The notes below the pieces were generated by a model. It ran no database searches. It saw nothing but the letters and a program-made list of their open reading frames with translations, and was not told the DNA's origin. Positions 49,270-61,659 of a stretch of 64,000 nt of DNA are shown here, one piece after another; the first letter of the stretch is position 1; the number at the start of each line of letters is the position of its first letter. The translations under genes were made by a program, and so were the position numbers. The DNA is from Hydrolagus colliei. Lineage: Eukaryota. The stretch spans positions 3,534,001 through 3,598,000 of the forward strand of contig CM068755.1 of assembly GCA_035084275.1 (NCBI GenBank), written 5' to 3'.

Positions 49270-49530
49270 GATGAAGTCCTTTCAGCCCATTTGATCTCAT
49301 CTACCTAAACCACCCATCACCACATCAAGCTACTCATTAAATAAGTTCCAGTGTCCTGGCCTTAACCACCCTGGTAGCATGTTCCAATTGTTACTTACCC
49401 TCCAAATAAAGAAAACCTTGCTGGTGTATGACCTGAAATTGTCCTTTACAACTGTAAACCTATGTCCTCTTCTAGTGCCTTACTGCAGCCTGGCTTCACT
49501 CTTCCAATCCCATTTAATATGTTATACAAT
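49270..49530 (-). mobile_element. Old CR1 fragment
   Basis: ggtagcatgttccaattgttacttaccctc...aacctatgtcctctt, the reverse complement of the CR1 ORF2 end. Confidence 0.7.
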
Positions 49531-50469
49531 GTTATAAGATAACCTGCTAGTGGGTCATCTTCCCTCATCCCAATCTCCCCACTGCCTTTCCATCAGTTCA
49601 GGTCCAAATCTCTCACTGTCCAGCACCTTGGGATGTCTTTCCAATGTGCGCTATACAAAAGTAATTTTGTATTGTTATATTCTCTCAAGACCGAAGAGCC
49701 CTAGCTTTATAATCATTGCTCGTAACTCATTCCTCTGTCACTGGGAATCATCCCCACGAGGAAATAGCCAAGTAGTACTGTGAGTAGTACTGTATGCAGT
49801 ATATTGTAGGTGTGATCTGATCAGACCCCTGTACAGGCTGAATATAATACTTGGAGATCTGAACAGCTGATTTCACAGTATAGCCCAGTATCTAGTTTGC
49901 CTTTTTTTTGCTGTTTCAAACTTTTTTGACATAACGAGGGATGGATAGCTATTTGGGAGTTTGCTTGCGGACACGCAAGCAAACTAATCTAATATATGGG
50001 TGGAACAGGCTTGATGGATTGAAGGGCCTTCTCCTCTTCCCCATTTTCCTATACTCCTATCACATCAAATGGCTTGTGAGCTGAGGGTCTTCTGGTCTTC
50101 TGGTGGGACATTCAAGAAAAGAATATGGAGAGCAAGTAACACTAGAAAGTTAATAATGATAATAATCCTTGCATTTGATATAGCGCTTTTCAAGTCTTCT
50201 AGACGTCTCAAAGCCCTTCACAGAATATACTATAAAGTGAATTGACTGATATTTGTGAGCAAAACAAATATAAAGTTAGCACATACTAAGATAAGGTAAT
50301 GCCAAAATGTTAAGTGACTGTTGCCAGAATATCACATTTTGTTTTCAATTCCTGAACCTCTAATTAATGTTCACCATCTTCAGTTTGTGTCTAGTTTAAA
50401 CCTAATGATTTACTCTGGGATCAAGAAGCGGGAGAACCCACGGGTGCTTTGATATAGAGCCATATCATC

Positions 50470-50785
50470 ATAATAATAATAATCCTTGCATTTGATATAG
50501 CACTTTTTACATCTTCAAGACGTCTCAAAGCGCTTCACAGGACATAGTGTAAAGTGAGTTGTCTGTATATTTTGTGGGCGAAACGCGGCAGCCAAATGTG
50601 CACACCAGTGACTCACAAACAATCGTGGATTGAGTGAGCGAATCATTATTTTTCTTTATAATTTTCAATTTTTTTGAAGAGATCATTACCCCAGAAAAAG
50701 TGATCCACCGATCGAATAACAATCGGATTCCTACTTTGCAAGGTAGACAGAGATGTGTGAAATAAGGAAACTCACCTAAGGTTTT
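50470..50785 (-). mobile_element. SINE-A long variant
   Basis: Tail plus ggattcctactttgcaaggtagacagag segment; head truncated. Confidence 0.85.
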
Positions 50786-51689
50786 GTCATCTTCCCCACA
50801 TTCAGGGCATGTTGTGTTCAGGTCAGAAACGGAGGTTAATTCTGACTACACCTGCTCATGGAAGCCTTGGGGTTTACAGTATGGTAGAATCCTGTGAAGG
50901 TCTTTGAGACAATGCTATGATGTGATAAGGCATTAGATCTGATGCAAGGAGTATTATTATTATTCCTTACTCCACACGCCTGATAAGAATCCATCCCCAA
51001 AAAACTATAATAAATTATAGCACTCGCCTTCAATCTACGATTGTTTGTAGGACTCTGCTGTGCTCAATTGGCTGCCACATTTCGCCTACAAATATATAGT
51101 CGATTCACTTTACAGTATATTCTGTGAAGCGCTTTGAGACATCTAGGAGGCGTGAAAAGCGCTATATCAAATGCAAGCGTTATTATTATTACCAATAAGA
51201 TAATACCGTAGCTTGCTGACAGGTGTCTAAAGGAGGTGTCGCATGTGAAACAATGAGAGTTTATAAAACAGTTTATAAAAGGGAGATAAGCCTCGCTGAT
51301 CATTCACCACACTCCCTCCCCTAGCTTGCTCCCAACACACACATATCGCTATTTGCATTCTTCTGCCTTCAAATGTTGGCAGGCCATTTGAGTGCCTGGG
51401 TTTGACGTAAATGTTGTTAAAGATACGGCAAAACACTGAGATAGCTCAAGCCTCGAGAAATGCTGGAAATAGCTTCTGAATCTGAATGGATCAATCCCTA
51501 AATTAAAAAGCCTTCTGACTCGGCACACAGAATTCATGTTACAGTGTCCAAAGGCAGGTGACGGCATTAAACCAGTTTGTCGGTTCCAAGCGTCAGATTA
51601 TAACTGTTGGCTTTTCATCACAACACAATAAAGGAGAGCTGACAGCTTCAGAATATTCCCAGTGGCAAAGCATTCCTAACCGTGCATCA

Positions 51690-52522
51690 GCGCTGATTCT
51701 TGCAGCTGAATGTCGACAAGACGGAGGCCATACTCTTTGGCTCTCGTCAACGTCTCCATTCACACAGCTCTCACCTCCTCCACCTTCCCGGCCTGCCCCT
51801 AAAACTCTCTGAACCTGTGCCCAACCTCGACGTCAGGTTCGACCCCCAGCTGTCCTTCCTCCCCCACATCCAGTCCCTCACCAGCACCGCCTTCTTCCAC
51901 CTCCGACGGATCGCCCGTCTCCGGCAATACCTCACCCCAAAAGCCGCTGAAACCCTGGTCCACACCTTTGTCACCTCTCGGCTGGACTATTCCAATGCCC
52001 TCCTCGCCGGTCTCCCCTCCACTACAATCCACAAAATCCAACTCATCCAAAACTCTGCCGCTCGCATACTCACCCGCACTAAACTTCGCTCTCCCATTAC
52101 CCCAATCCTTGCCAGACTTCACTGGCTCCCTATCCCAGAGAGGATCGACTTCAAGATCCTCACCATTGTTTTAAAATCCTTCTACTCCTCTACACCTACC
52201 TACTTCTCTGACCTCTTCTCTCTTCAAACCAGCTCCCATTGCCTTCACTCCACTGGATCTGGCCTCCTCCACATCCCCCGAATCCTCCGCTCCACCCTCG
52301 GTAGCTGTGCCTTCAGCCACTATGCCCTGAGGCTCTGGAATTCCCTTCCTCACTACGTTCGCCTCGCCCCTCTTTCCAGTTTCAGGTCCCAGCTGAAGAC
52401 TTTCTCTTCAACCGCGCCTTTGGTCACCTCTCTGCCCCTGCCCCGGGATCCGCTATTGTGAAGCGCTCTGAGACACCGTCCAGCGTGCAAGGCGGTATAT
52501 AAATCAAAGTTGTTGTTGTTGT
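51690..52522 (+). mobile_element. L2 LINE 3' fragment, second family (L2b), 253-aa ORF
   Basis: QLNVDKTEAILFG...TSRLDYSNALL...LHWLPIPERIDFKIL; distinct tail gtgaagcgctctgagacaccgtccagcgtgcaaggcgg...(GTT)n. Confidence 0.93.
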
Positions 52523-52544
52523 CACAGTGACCCTCTAGTAAAGG

Positions 52545-52780
52545 AACAACAACAAATAACATTTATTTGTCCAATGCCTTTCACATCAGGAGGATGTCCC
52601 AAGGCGCTGGGCAGTTAGGGATTTGGATCCGAGTTGGGGGTTGGGATCAGTGAGGGTGGAAGGCAGCGAGGGTAAGGCTAGGAGGGTGACCAAAGGCTCG
52701 GTCAAAGAAGAGATTCTTGAGGTGGGCCTTGAATAAGACAAGGGAGGAGATGAGGTAAAAGCACTGTGGAATGGAGTTCT
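52545..52780 (-). mobile_element. L2a 3' fragment, tail-to-tail with the L2b copy
   Basis: gcctttcacatcaggaggatgtcccaaggcgctgg tail. Confidence 0.85.
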
Positions 52781-53519
52781 AAAATACTAATAATATTCCT
52801 TGCATTTGATATAGCGCTTTTCATGTCTTCTAGATGTCTCAAATTGCTTCACAGAATATACTGTAAAGTGAATTGACTGTATATTTATGGCCGAAAGAAG
52901 GTGGGGGTGGAAATAGTTTAGTTATGCGGGCAGGGTGGGGAACGTGGAACACGCCAGAGTCCAATGAGCAGTTGGAGAGGTCTATATGGAGTTAGCAAAT
53001 AACGGAGGTATGAGGAGCAAGGCAATGGAGGACTTTGAAGCCAAGGACCAGCACTCAAGAATCCCTGCATTTCACCTCCCTGCAGTTTTTCTACAATTCT
53101 TCGCAAACCTTTAAACATAATTCCCCAATCGATTCCCCAACCACAATAACTTGCATTTATATTGCACCCTTCACATGGGACAGCATCTCAGAATGCCTAA
53201 CGATGGCGGAGCCTGGCACTTAGGGCTTGATGCCAATACATGTATTATTGTACCCAAAATAATGCTGTTAAAATTTTGCGTTACATCCTATCGGGCTTTT
53301 TGAACCAACATGGCAACTTAGCACAAAAACTAGACATATTTAGTTGCAACACTTGCATACAGGTTTTTTGTATACAATTGTTTCATGGCTGGTCCTAGAC
53401 TAAAGCGTCAGCTTTTCATCACAACCAATAAAGTTCCACGTCCTCACCTTCAAAGTCCTCCACTACCTTCCTATTCCCTGCCTTTGTGACTTCAGAAAGA
53501 CCCCACAAAGCGAAGAGGC

Positions 53520-53800
53520 TGAATTGGTAATTCTCTAGCCTCCAACTCGGAAAGAAAGCTGTATGTTCAAACCCCACATTGGGATTTTGAGCTCACAGTC
53601 TAGGCTGACATTCCAGTCTAGGCCTAGAGGGTGTGTTTCATTGATGGGAGTTGCTGACCTTAGAATGAGATATTTACATGAGTTGCCGTCTGCCTGCTCG
53701 GGCGGACGTTGAAGATATTGTGGAACAGTTTGGAAAGAGAAAGGAATTTCTCTCTTGCGGAGTGCTGGCCAACAAATAAAATAGCTTCTTCCCTTCCAGG
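53520..53800 (+). mobile_element. Deu-domain SINE (SINE-B)
   Basis: tatgttcaaacccc head; ggcggacgttgaagat; gtgctggccaaca. Confidence 0.8.
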
Positions 53801-56406
53801 CTGTTTGTGAGCCATTGCAGTGTGTAAATCTGACTCACATTTGCATAGCTTTTATTTCCTTCAAAGATATAAAAGGCCTGATGCCAAATGATTACTGCTT
53901 TGCCATTTGCCTTAAAAGACTCGCTCAAGATTGATCTGAGACTTGTCCACACTTTTTCGTAGGCAAAGAATACAGTACGCCTTTGACAACTAAATCCATG
54001 GACCCAGGCAGACCAACAGTGTCTGTCAGATGAATGACTTTCTCAGTAAAAGTAATCAACAGAAGATATGAGCAGAAGAGAGTGCAAGGGAAGAAGTATT
54101 TCCTGACGAGCACATTTATGCTGGAGTAAAGCATCACAAGAGTCCTGGCCAACAAACGTCCAGTTAAATTGGTCATTCACTTCATGCCTATTTGTTGAAT
54201 GTTGTTGTGTGCAAATTACTGTACCCAATAAAACATGCAGTCACTACAATTCACAGTCAATCATCTTTTGATGTTTTTACAGCGTGATGAGGCACTATAT
54301 CACATAACAGGATTATTATTGGACTCAAGATTCTGAGTTCATCCGCCTTCAATGAATAATGATTTGACACAAGATTTACATGGGATTGTACAGCACAGAA
54401 ACAGGCCATTCAGCCAACCAGCCCTAGCACCCCAGTGCTAAATTTTCAGCCATGGGAAAATCAGACACGGTTATGTTTAAGGACTTGGAAAGCGGCAGGA
54501 ATTGGGAGTCGTTGGGGAGTCTCAATCCGCAGAGGACGAGGTGAGAAGCGAGGAAGAGAAAAGGTGATCAGCCACAGAAGCCCACGCGGATGATTAAAAT
54601 ATTAAATAAGAGTCTGCGTTCTGCGGAAAACACGACAGAGGAGAATGATGATCATCCCTTTAAGCAGGCTGAACTCTAAATCAAGCAGGGACTGGAAAGA
54701 ACCAAGAAGCAACTCAAAGCAATGATCTCTCATCTCCCAAAACTAATAAAGGAATGAGTAATGGAATAACACGCCCTGGGGCTATAGGAGGAAACACAAT
54801 TACACACGTGGCTTGTGTACGAACGACAGGCATGAAGAAGGGGAAAGATGTTAAAGATAAGGAATGATTCTTCAATCATGAACGGAGAGGTGAGGATGTG
54901 CCAGTTAAGAGGTTGCAAATGGCCTCATTACTCACCTGCTATTCCTTACACATGCAACTGGCCTCTAACAGCTATTAACAGAAGCTCTTATTATTCTGAA
55001 GTATAGTAATCCTTACACTTGATATAGTGCCTTTCGTGTAAGGAGGATGTCTCAAAGCGCTTCACAGGGTTGACTGTGTACTAGTGGATGAACACAGCAG
55101 CTAATTTTTCATAGCAGTGTCCCACAAACAACCATGAAATGAATGACCAACTTTATTTGGGGCACTGTCGGCCAGGACACAGAGAGAGAGACAAACACCA
55201 TCTTTAATGACCCCATGAACAGGCATCTGGGATCTCAGTTTAATGTCTCATCCGAAAGGCCATACTACCAATACAGCAACCACCCCAGCACTGTGAAATC
55301 CTGTGGCTTGGTGGTTAGAGTATTGTATCACATGCAATTGTTGTTACTTCTATTTAATTGGACTCTATACGATCCAATCTTCATTTATATAGCGCCTTTC
55401 ACGTCGGGAGGATGTCTCAAGGCGCTTGTCGTTACTGACTGGGCACTAAATTAAGGGGTGGGATTGAGCTCTGTTAACTGCTTATTTGAGATGTCCTCCC
55501 AATTTGAAAGGCACTTCTAAATTTTAATTGTATTACATTGTACCTCTATGTATTGAGTCCTTCAAGAGAATCAACAGTCTACAGTGCATTATCATAACTT
55601 ACATAACCATTTGTATATAAATCAAGAATATCACAAATTGTTCTGATCCCACAGCTACTTTTTCTTAACTACTTTTCTTCTATAAATGCACCCTTAAATG
55701 ACCGCTTATTTGCTTTCCAGAGTTGGGGCATTACAGCTGTTTGAAACATTAGGCGGTGCTATTGTTTAACAGCAGACAGTTAAAATGAAGTCTTACTCAC
55801 TACCACTATAAATCAGCGTTCGTGTGTGTGTGTGTCTGTATGTGTCTGTGGGAGGTTGCAGTTGATGTAGTGAACAGCTGCACTGATTTGCCACGGGAGG
55901 TGATGTAGTGTTAGATCATTGCAAACAATTTTTTTTAAATGTGACTAATAATGTAAATCTCTCATTTATATTGCTAATAGCTGGTATCATTGATCTTTCA
56001 CCTCAAAGACGTAATAGTAGTAATCCTTGCATTTGATATAGCGCCTTATCACTTCTTCGAGATGTCTCAAAGTACTTCACAAAATGTACTGTAATGTAAA
56101 TTGACAGTGTATGTTGAGGGTGAAACGGTGTAACCAATTGCGCGCAGTAGTGTCCCACAAACAGTCATGATTGAATGGCCAATTTTTTTTTAATACCAGT
56201 GAAAAAAGATAACATCAGATGAACCAAAGGGCTTTCTTCATCCAAACCAAACTTGTGATGTCTGCACTAACCCACTGTTATGAACCAAAATGAATTTTGG
56301 AAATTCATTTTATTCAGGTTATTGTGTTTTTCTTTTTAAAAAAATTTAAGTTCCAAATACCAGTTTACATTCAAAGTCTACAAGCGTCTGAATATATATA
56401 TATACA

Positions 56407-57141
56407 CAGTAGAAGCTCGTTTATCCGTGACTCGATGCACCAGAACTTCCGTATGACCGGCACGCCCCCCAAAAAGTCCCCATTCGATAAACAGGAACTT
56501 ATCCAGAACAATAGCAGTGGAGCATTTGTAAATGCATAAAGAATAACATAATGAGAGAATGTTGTGTTGGTGCTTGTTGTTGGATCTACTCCTTTGCGCT
56601 TTTTACCTTTGCTGGTAGATGCTGCGCTTTAAGCCATGATGCTGCGGTTGAGGTTTATAGTCCAGCAATTCTTTTTGGGATGGAGAGCGCGTACGACTTT
56701 AAAGCCATACTAGCGGCAAGCCAATAACGCTAGCCGATAACCCACATTGTCGCGCAGGTGCAGTATTTCGGTTTGCCGCTAGTAGAGTCTAGGGCTTCGG
56801 CTTACAGTTAGTAAAGTCGCGTGACTTTGAAATTGCACTGCCGTATTTTCATCCTCTTGGCATCCTCCATTTGGGGAAGGGTTGCTGGACTGTAGACCTC
56901 AATCAGTGAGGGTGAGAAGCGCAGGAGAGTGGTTTTGACAGTGGGTGCCAATATAACATGCTGTTATTATCTGTTATTACTTTGTCTGGTGTGTATGGTG
57001 TGTGTTTAAAGAACATTTTTTGTATAGGTTTGTTAACTTTTTATTGGTGGGTTTTCGGCCACAGGCCACCCGAATATCCGGCAGGCGCTTTAACCGGCAT
57101 TGGTCAGGTCCCGCAGGTGCCAGATAATCAGGCTTCTACTG
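56407..57141. mobile_element. Non-autonomous Tc1/mariner (pogo/Tigger-like) DNA transposon, 735 bp
   Basis: TIRs CAGTAGAAGCTCGTTTATCCG and CAGTAGAAGCCTGATTATCTG (reverse complement of the right end). TA at the right flank, (TA)n then CA at the left flank. CpG-rich interior with no intact transposase ORF. Confidence 0.8.
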
Positions 57142-57819
57142 TATATATAGATAAACTCTCATAGGGCACCCACAAATATACAGTCAATTCACTTTACAGT
57201 ATATTCTGTGAAGCATTTTGAGACATCTCAACAATGTGATAAGGTGCTATATCAAATGCAAGGATTATTATAAAGATAATAATAATAATCCTTGCCTAGT
57301 GCCTCACCACATCATTGAGATGCCTCAAAGAGCTACACAAAATATACTGTAAAGTGAAATGACTATATATATGTGGGCACCTTGTAAGAGATAGTACATA
57401 TTTATTGTTGTTGACAATCTAGTGGGTGATTACAGGATTTCCAAGCCACAGAGAAAACTCAATATTAAACAGATTAGCATGAGGGGGATGAAGCATGGTG
57501 TAATCTGGTACGAGTGTGATTCCTATTAAACATTAATATATAGAAATCACAAGCTCTCCGAAATCTCTGCAGTTACAGAGCCATTAAATGTCACCTTGCC
57601 ACAATATACCAATTCATCACGCAAATTGTCTTCTCCCCAAATTAGCGGCACTTCTGTATGTGCGCCTTTTATGAATTTATGTAGGAAGCGTTGTAGAAAT
57701 TGATGAAATGTGTGAATAGCTGGAAGCTTAGCAGACAAGGGCAAATGAATGTGGTAACGGTTTCTACACTAATGCTAGGGTGCTATCGTTTGGCGCAGTT
57801 TATTACGTTCTTAATAATA

Positions 57820-58138
57820 ATACTAATAATAATGATAATCCTTGCATTTGGTATAGCACTTTTCACATCTTCCAGACGTCTCAAAGCGCTTCAGAATACT
57901 GAATACAGTCAAGTGAATTGGCTAAATTTGTGGGCAAAACATGGCAGCCAATTGCGCACAGCAGTGTCCCACAAACAGTCATCAATTGAAATGACCAATT
58001 TATTATTGTTTTTGTTTGAGAGATTATTATTAGGTATGTCGAGTAAGGAAACTTGCGCAGGGTTTCACCCCCTGCCTGGATTTGAACCCTGGTCTCTTGC
58101 TTGTAAGGAGAAGTGCTCCAACCACTGAGCTACAGGAC
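57820..58138 (-). mobile_element. SINE-A short variant, full length
   Basis: Near-consensus; palindrome region rearranged at about 57895-57915. Confidence 0.92.
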
Positions 58139-58719
58139 CCCACCAATCTGCTTACTGGAAGAAAGACACCTGGAAATAAGATTCACGTTTCACAGTGAAA
58201 CCATCCAAACGATTAGGTTTGGTACATTTTTATACTTTGTTGCAGAAATCAATTATCTATTTTCTGGAGTAATTTTCACCCATTGATCATGTTGTCTGAC
58301 CACTGACTCTGATGCACTGTAAGCAAACCCCCTTGCTCCTATATTGAAGAGATTTATTCCACCTGAATTCACCCCACAATGGACTGATTGGCCTCTTTCT
58401 GCCCTACAGTTTGTTTGTGGGACACTGTTGTGCGCAATTGGCTGCCATGTTTCGTCCACAAAATATACAATCAGTTCACTTTACGGTGAATTCTGTGAAG
58501 CACTTTGAAACTTCTAGAAAACGTGAAAAGCGCTAAATCAAATGCAAGGATTATTATTGTTATAATTATTATGGACCACCAACTATTTCCTTTTCTTGAT
58601 TCAGACTGTTCTTCATAATAATAATCCTTATCATGTTGTCAAGACATCTCAATGTGCTTTACTGAGTTACTGTGAGTTGCAGTGGCTATACATTTGTAGA
58701 TGAACATGTAAACATAATT

Positions 58720-58812
58720 TACACACAACAATGGGGATCGGGATTGATTTGAATAGCTCTTTTGAAAGAGCCGGCACATACTTGATGGGCCGAATGGCCT
58801 CCTTTTGTGCTA
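58720..58812 (+). mobile_element. CR1 3' end
   Basis: gaatagctcttttgaaagagccggcacatacttgatgggccgaatggcctcc. Confidence 0.85.
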
Positions 58813-60493
58813 TATATATGTGTGTGTGTATATATATATATATATGTGTAAACAACACAGCCGTATACAATGTAGCCAGTAAGTGCGGGAGTAATGGAAG
58901 GTAGGGGAGCGGAGTTGAGAGTTAGGTGGGAAACTGAATGGGACTCAAGGGAATATATGACGTAGGTAATCATATGATTTATAATGAGGAGACTCATTCG
59001 AGTTTTACTGGACTCGACCCACAAAAATATACAGTTAATGATTATTATCACTCAGAATCCCAGTCGGGTGATACACCTGAGAAACACACGCAGAACGTAT
59101 AAACTTTGTCCACTTGCCTCCACAGAACATCACTGGAGATGAGGCACCAGCTTCCAAGCTTCATCCAAACACAGAAGAACATTTGTGCAACAGATTTTTT
59201 TTCTCTCCATTTCCCACACATCGCTCTTGCACCAGTTAAATCCACCCCCACCCCTACTTCTCCGCCGTCATCGCCTCTCACTCTTTCCTTCCTTCCTTCA
59301 CGATTGACTCGCTTCCATTTTAATGACTCGAAAGCCTGCTTCACTGCGAAAAGAAACGAACGCCGCAGCTTTCATTTGCCAGACCAGCAGAGCACGAACT
59401 GTGTGTGTGTGTGTGTGAGCATGTAAAAAAAACACCTGACAGGAGAGATCAACAGTTTCATGTCCAGAGAGCTGTTTGTACTGTCATAACCTCATTCTCA
59501 GCTAATGCCTCACAAACACGTCTTCTTATAGAACACGGTGAAACAGCCTCCAAACCACGCAGTTAGACTCTGTGCTGACAGTGGCTCTCAGTACAGTGAC
59601 TGCCTTGAGGATCTATTGTTCCAGTGCCTCTTGTCATAAGGGTCCTCGCACCCCAATCTGTCACTTACACATAAATAAACCAAACCAGGCTGGATGAATG
59701 CGCTCGATAATAACAATAGTAATTTGTACATTAGATACAGCGCCTTTCACATCAGAAGGGTATGTGTCTCAAGCCAGCTCACAGGATATATTGTAAAATG
59801 GAATATTTTGTGGGTGAATGCAGCCGCCAATTTGCACACAGTGTCATCCCATGTACAGCCATGGGGTTTTAAGAGGAAAGTAGACATGCATATGAAGGAG
59901 AGGAGCGTGGGGGGTTATGGCGGTGTGGTTGATTGACCTCCTTGCTCGGTGATGAGCCAAATGGCCTCCTTCTGTGCTGTAGATTTCTATGTTCCTACAT
60001 TTGAAAGTGAATGGGAGATATTTGACAATATCACCTTCAAAACATATAATCACCTCAGGTTGACAGTAAATCCTGCAAAGAACTTTGAGACATTCCTTCC
60101 TCATGGGCGCTGGAACGCTTTATAAATTTGTCATCGCTATCTAAACTTGATAAGTGGATCCCTTTTAAAATAAAACTAAAAATTCTCTTTATAAACCCTT
60201 CGCTGTCCAGTGCCTTTGGTTGTCCTCCTGACATGAGGGGCGCTACCTGTATATACATGCAATTTGTTGTTATCGTCACCTATACACATGCAATGTCTCT
60301 CTCTCACACACATACACACACACACGCACACAGAGTCAGCCTTGATCATACAAGTCGTCATTGTTATTCCTCCAACGGGAACAAATCCGTTTGCGTCTCA
60401 TGTTGCATTTCAAAGGAGCGCAGGCACAAAGGCCCAGCCTAGCACACAAGGTGTTAACTCTGCCCGGCTTGACCTGAGTGAGGCTGGACTGAC

Positions 60494-60790
60494 CTGTAAT
60501 GGTTGCTGAAGCCTGTGTCTCCTTGTTCAGGAGCTGGTTCCTCACGATGCAGGTGTACGTGCTGTTGGGCTCCAGAGTGACGCTGATCACACTGCTGATC
60601 TGGAAGAGACCCTCTTCGTTGGCCACTTGGGAGGTGGTGACATTGGCGGTGAGGTTGTTTCCTCTCCCGTCCTGCCACACCACTGCGGCCTGAGGGTAGC
60701 CACCCGCAGCGTGACAGCTAATGCTGACTCGGTCCCCGGGCTTCAGGTTTTTATTGGGCTCCAAATAGAGGTTTGGCTTGGAGTAAGGGG
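60494..60790 (-). CDS. CD276: CD276/B7-H3 IgC exon (297 nt, phase 1-1)
   Basis: APYSKPNLYLEPNKNLKPGDRVSISC...GYPQAAVVWQDGRGNNLTANVTTSQVANEEGLFQISSV...YTCIVRNQLLNKETQASATIT matches human [26 protein letters not shown]...NVTTSQMANEQGLF. Acceptor tgtttccttgcag with gctaac branch motif; donor G|gtcagt. Confidence 0.97.
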
Positions 60791-60835
60791 CTGCAAGGAA
60801 ACAGTGTAACGTTAGCGATTAGCAAAGGAAATTCA

Positions 60836-61510
60836 TACTGATACACACATACACACATACGCACATTCACTTTCCACCTTGCTGATAGTCGAATGTGCAT
60901 ATGTTCTGTACTAATAATGTACAATATCCTTTACTGTTACTTCCTAAATACCACATACATTCGTTGCACCATCCCAACCCACACACATCAACTGAACTCA
61001 CATATTACATACACCTACATTCACACTTACACACATAACTTTACACAAACACACACTTAATACCACGTACATTCACCCCACCATTCACACACATGCATAA
61101 TCTCGTATTGACACACACACCTCACTCCATACCCACTTCACTTACTGCATTTATGGAATTCTCAACCACCAAATTTTTGGAATTCTCTACCCCAAATGAT
61201 GTAGATGCTCAGTCCTTGAACATATTCAAGACTGAGATTGATAGATTTCTTATGGATCAATGGATTAAGGGATTGTGGGGAAAAGGCGGGTAGGTGGAGT
61301 TAGATTAAAAGATCAGCCATGATTTTAGTGAATGGCGGGGCAGACTCGAGGGGCCGAATGGCATACTCCTGCTCCTAATTCTTATGCTCTTATGTTCTAA
61401 ACCCATATACACACATAACCTTACACAAATACCTCACTCTACATATAAGCACCAAATGCCTTCAATGCACCACCCACCTATACACAGACATAATCTCACA
61501 CACATACTCA
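60836..61510 (+). repeat. CA-rich low complexity (UG-rich on the CD276 sense strand), interrupted by CR1
   Basis: Read directly. Confidence 0.85.
61165..61398 (+). mobile_element. CR1 3' fragment
   Basis: ttggaattctctaccccaa...ttcaagactgagattgatagattt...tcttatgctcttatgttct. Confidence 0.88.
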
Positions 61511-61659
61511 CTAAAATCATTTTTGACCTGACAACTGATTCTGCCACTGACACAGATATTGGAAATGTGACGGTTGCATTGGGTGTCCATCATTACAGGC
61601 ACTATATACTGTGCATTATAGTCCGTAATCCAGCCTTGAGGTGATGTACTATATATTGA

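Noticed and set aside
54930-54965. CAG|GTGAGT donor resembling the end of the TM exon
   Set aside because: Upstream frames have stops or run into a SINE tail; no TM segment.
26722-60493. Second IgV-IgC pair (4Ig B7-H3) or a nested gene in the large intron
   Set aside because: No Ig-like ORF in the track or by eye; tblastn would be needed to exclude decayed exons.
60750-60755. AATAAA on the sense strand
   Set aside because: Lies within IgC coding sequence (Pro-Asn-Lys); no downstream GU element.
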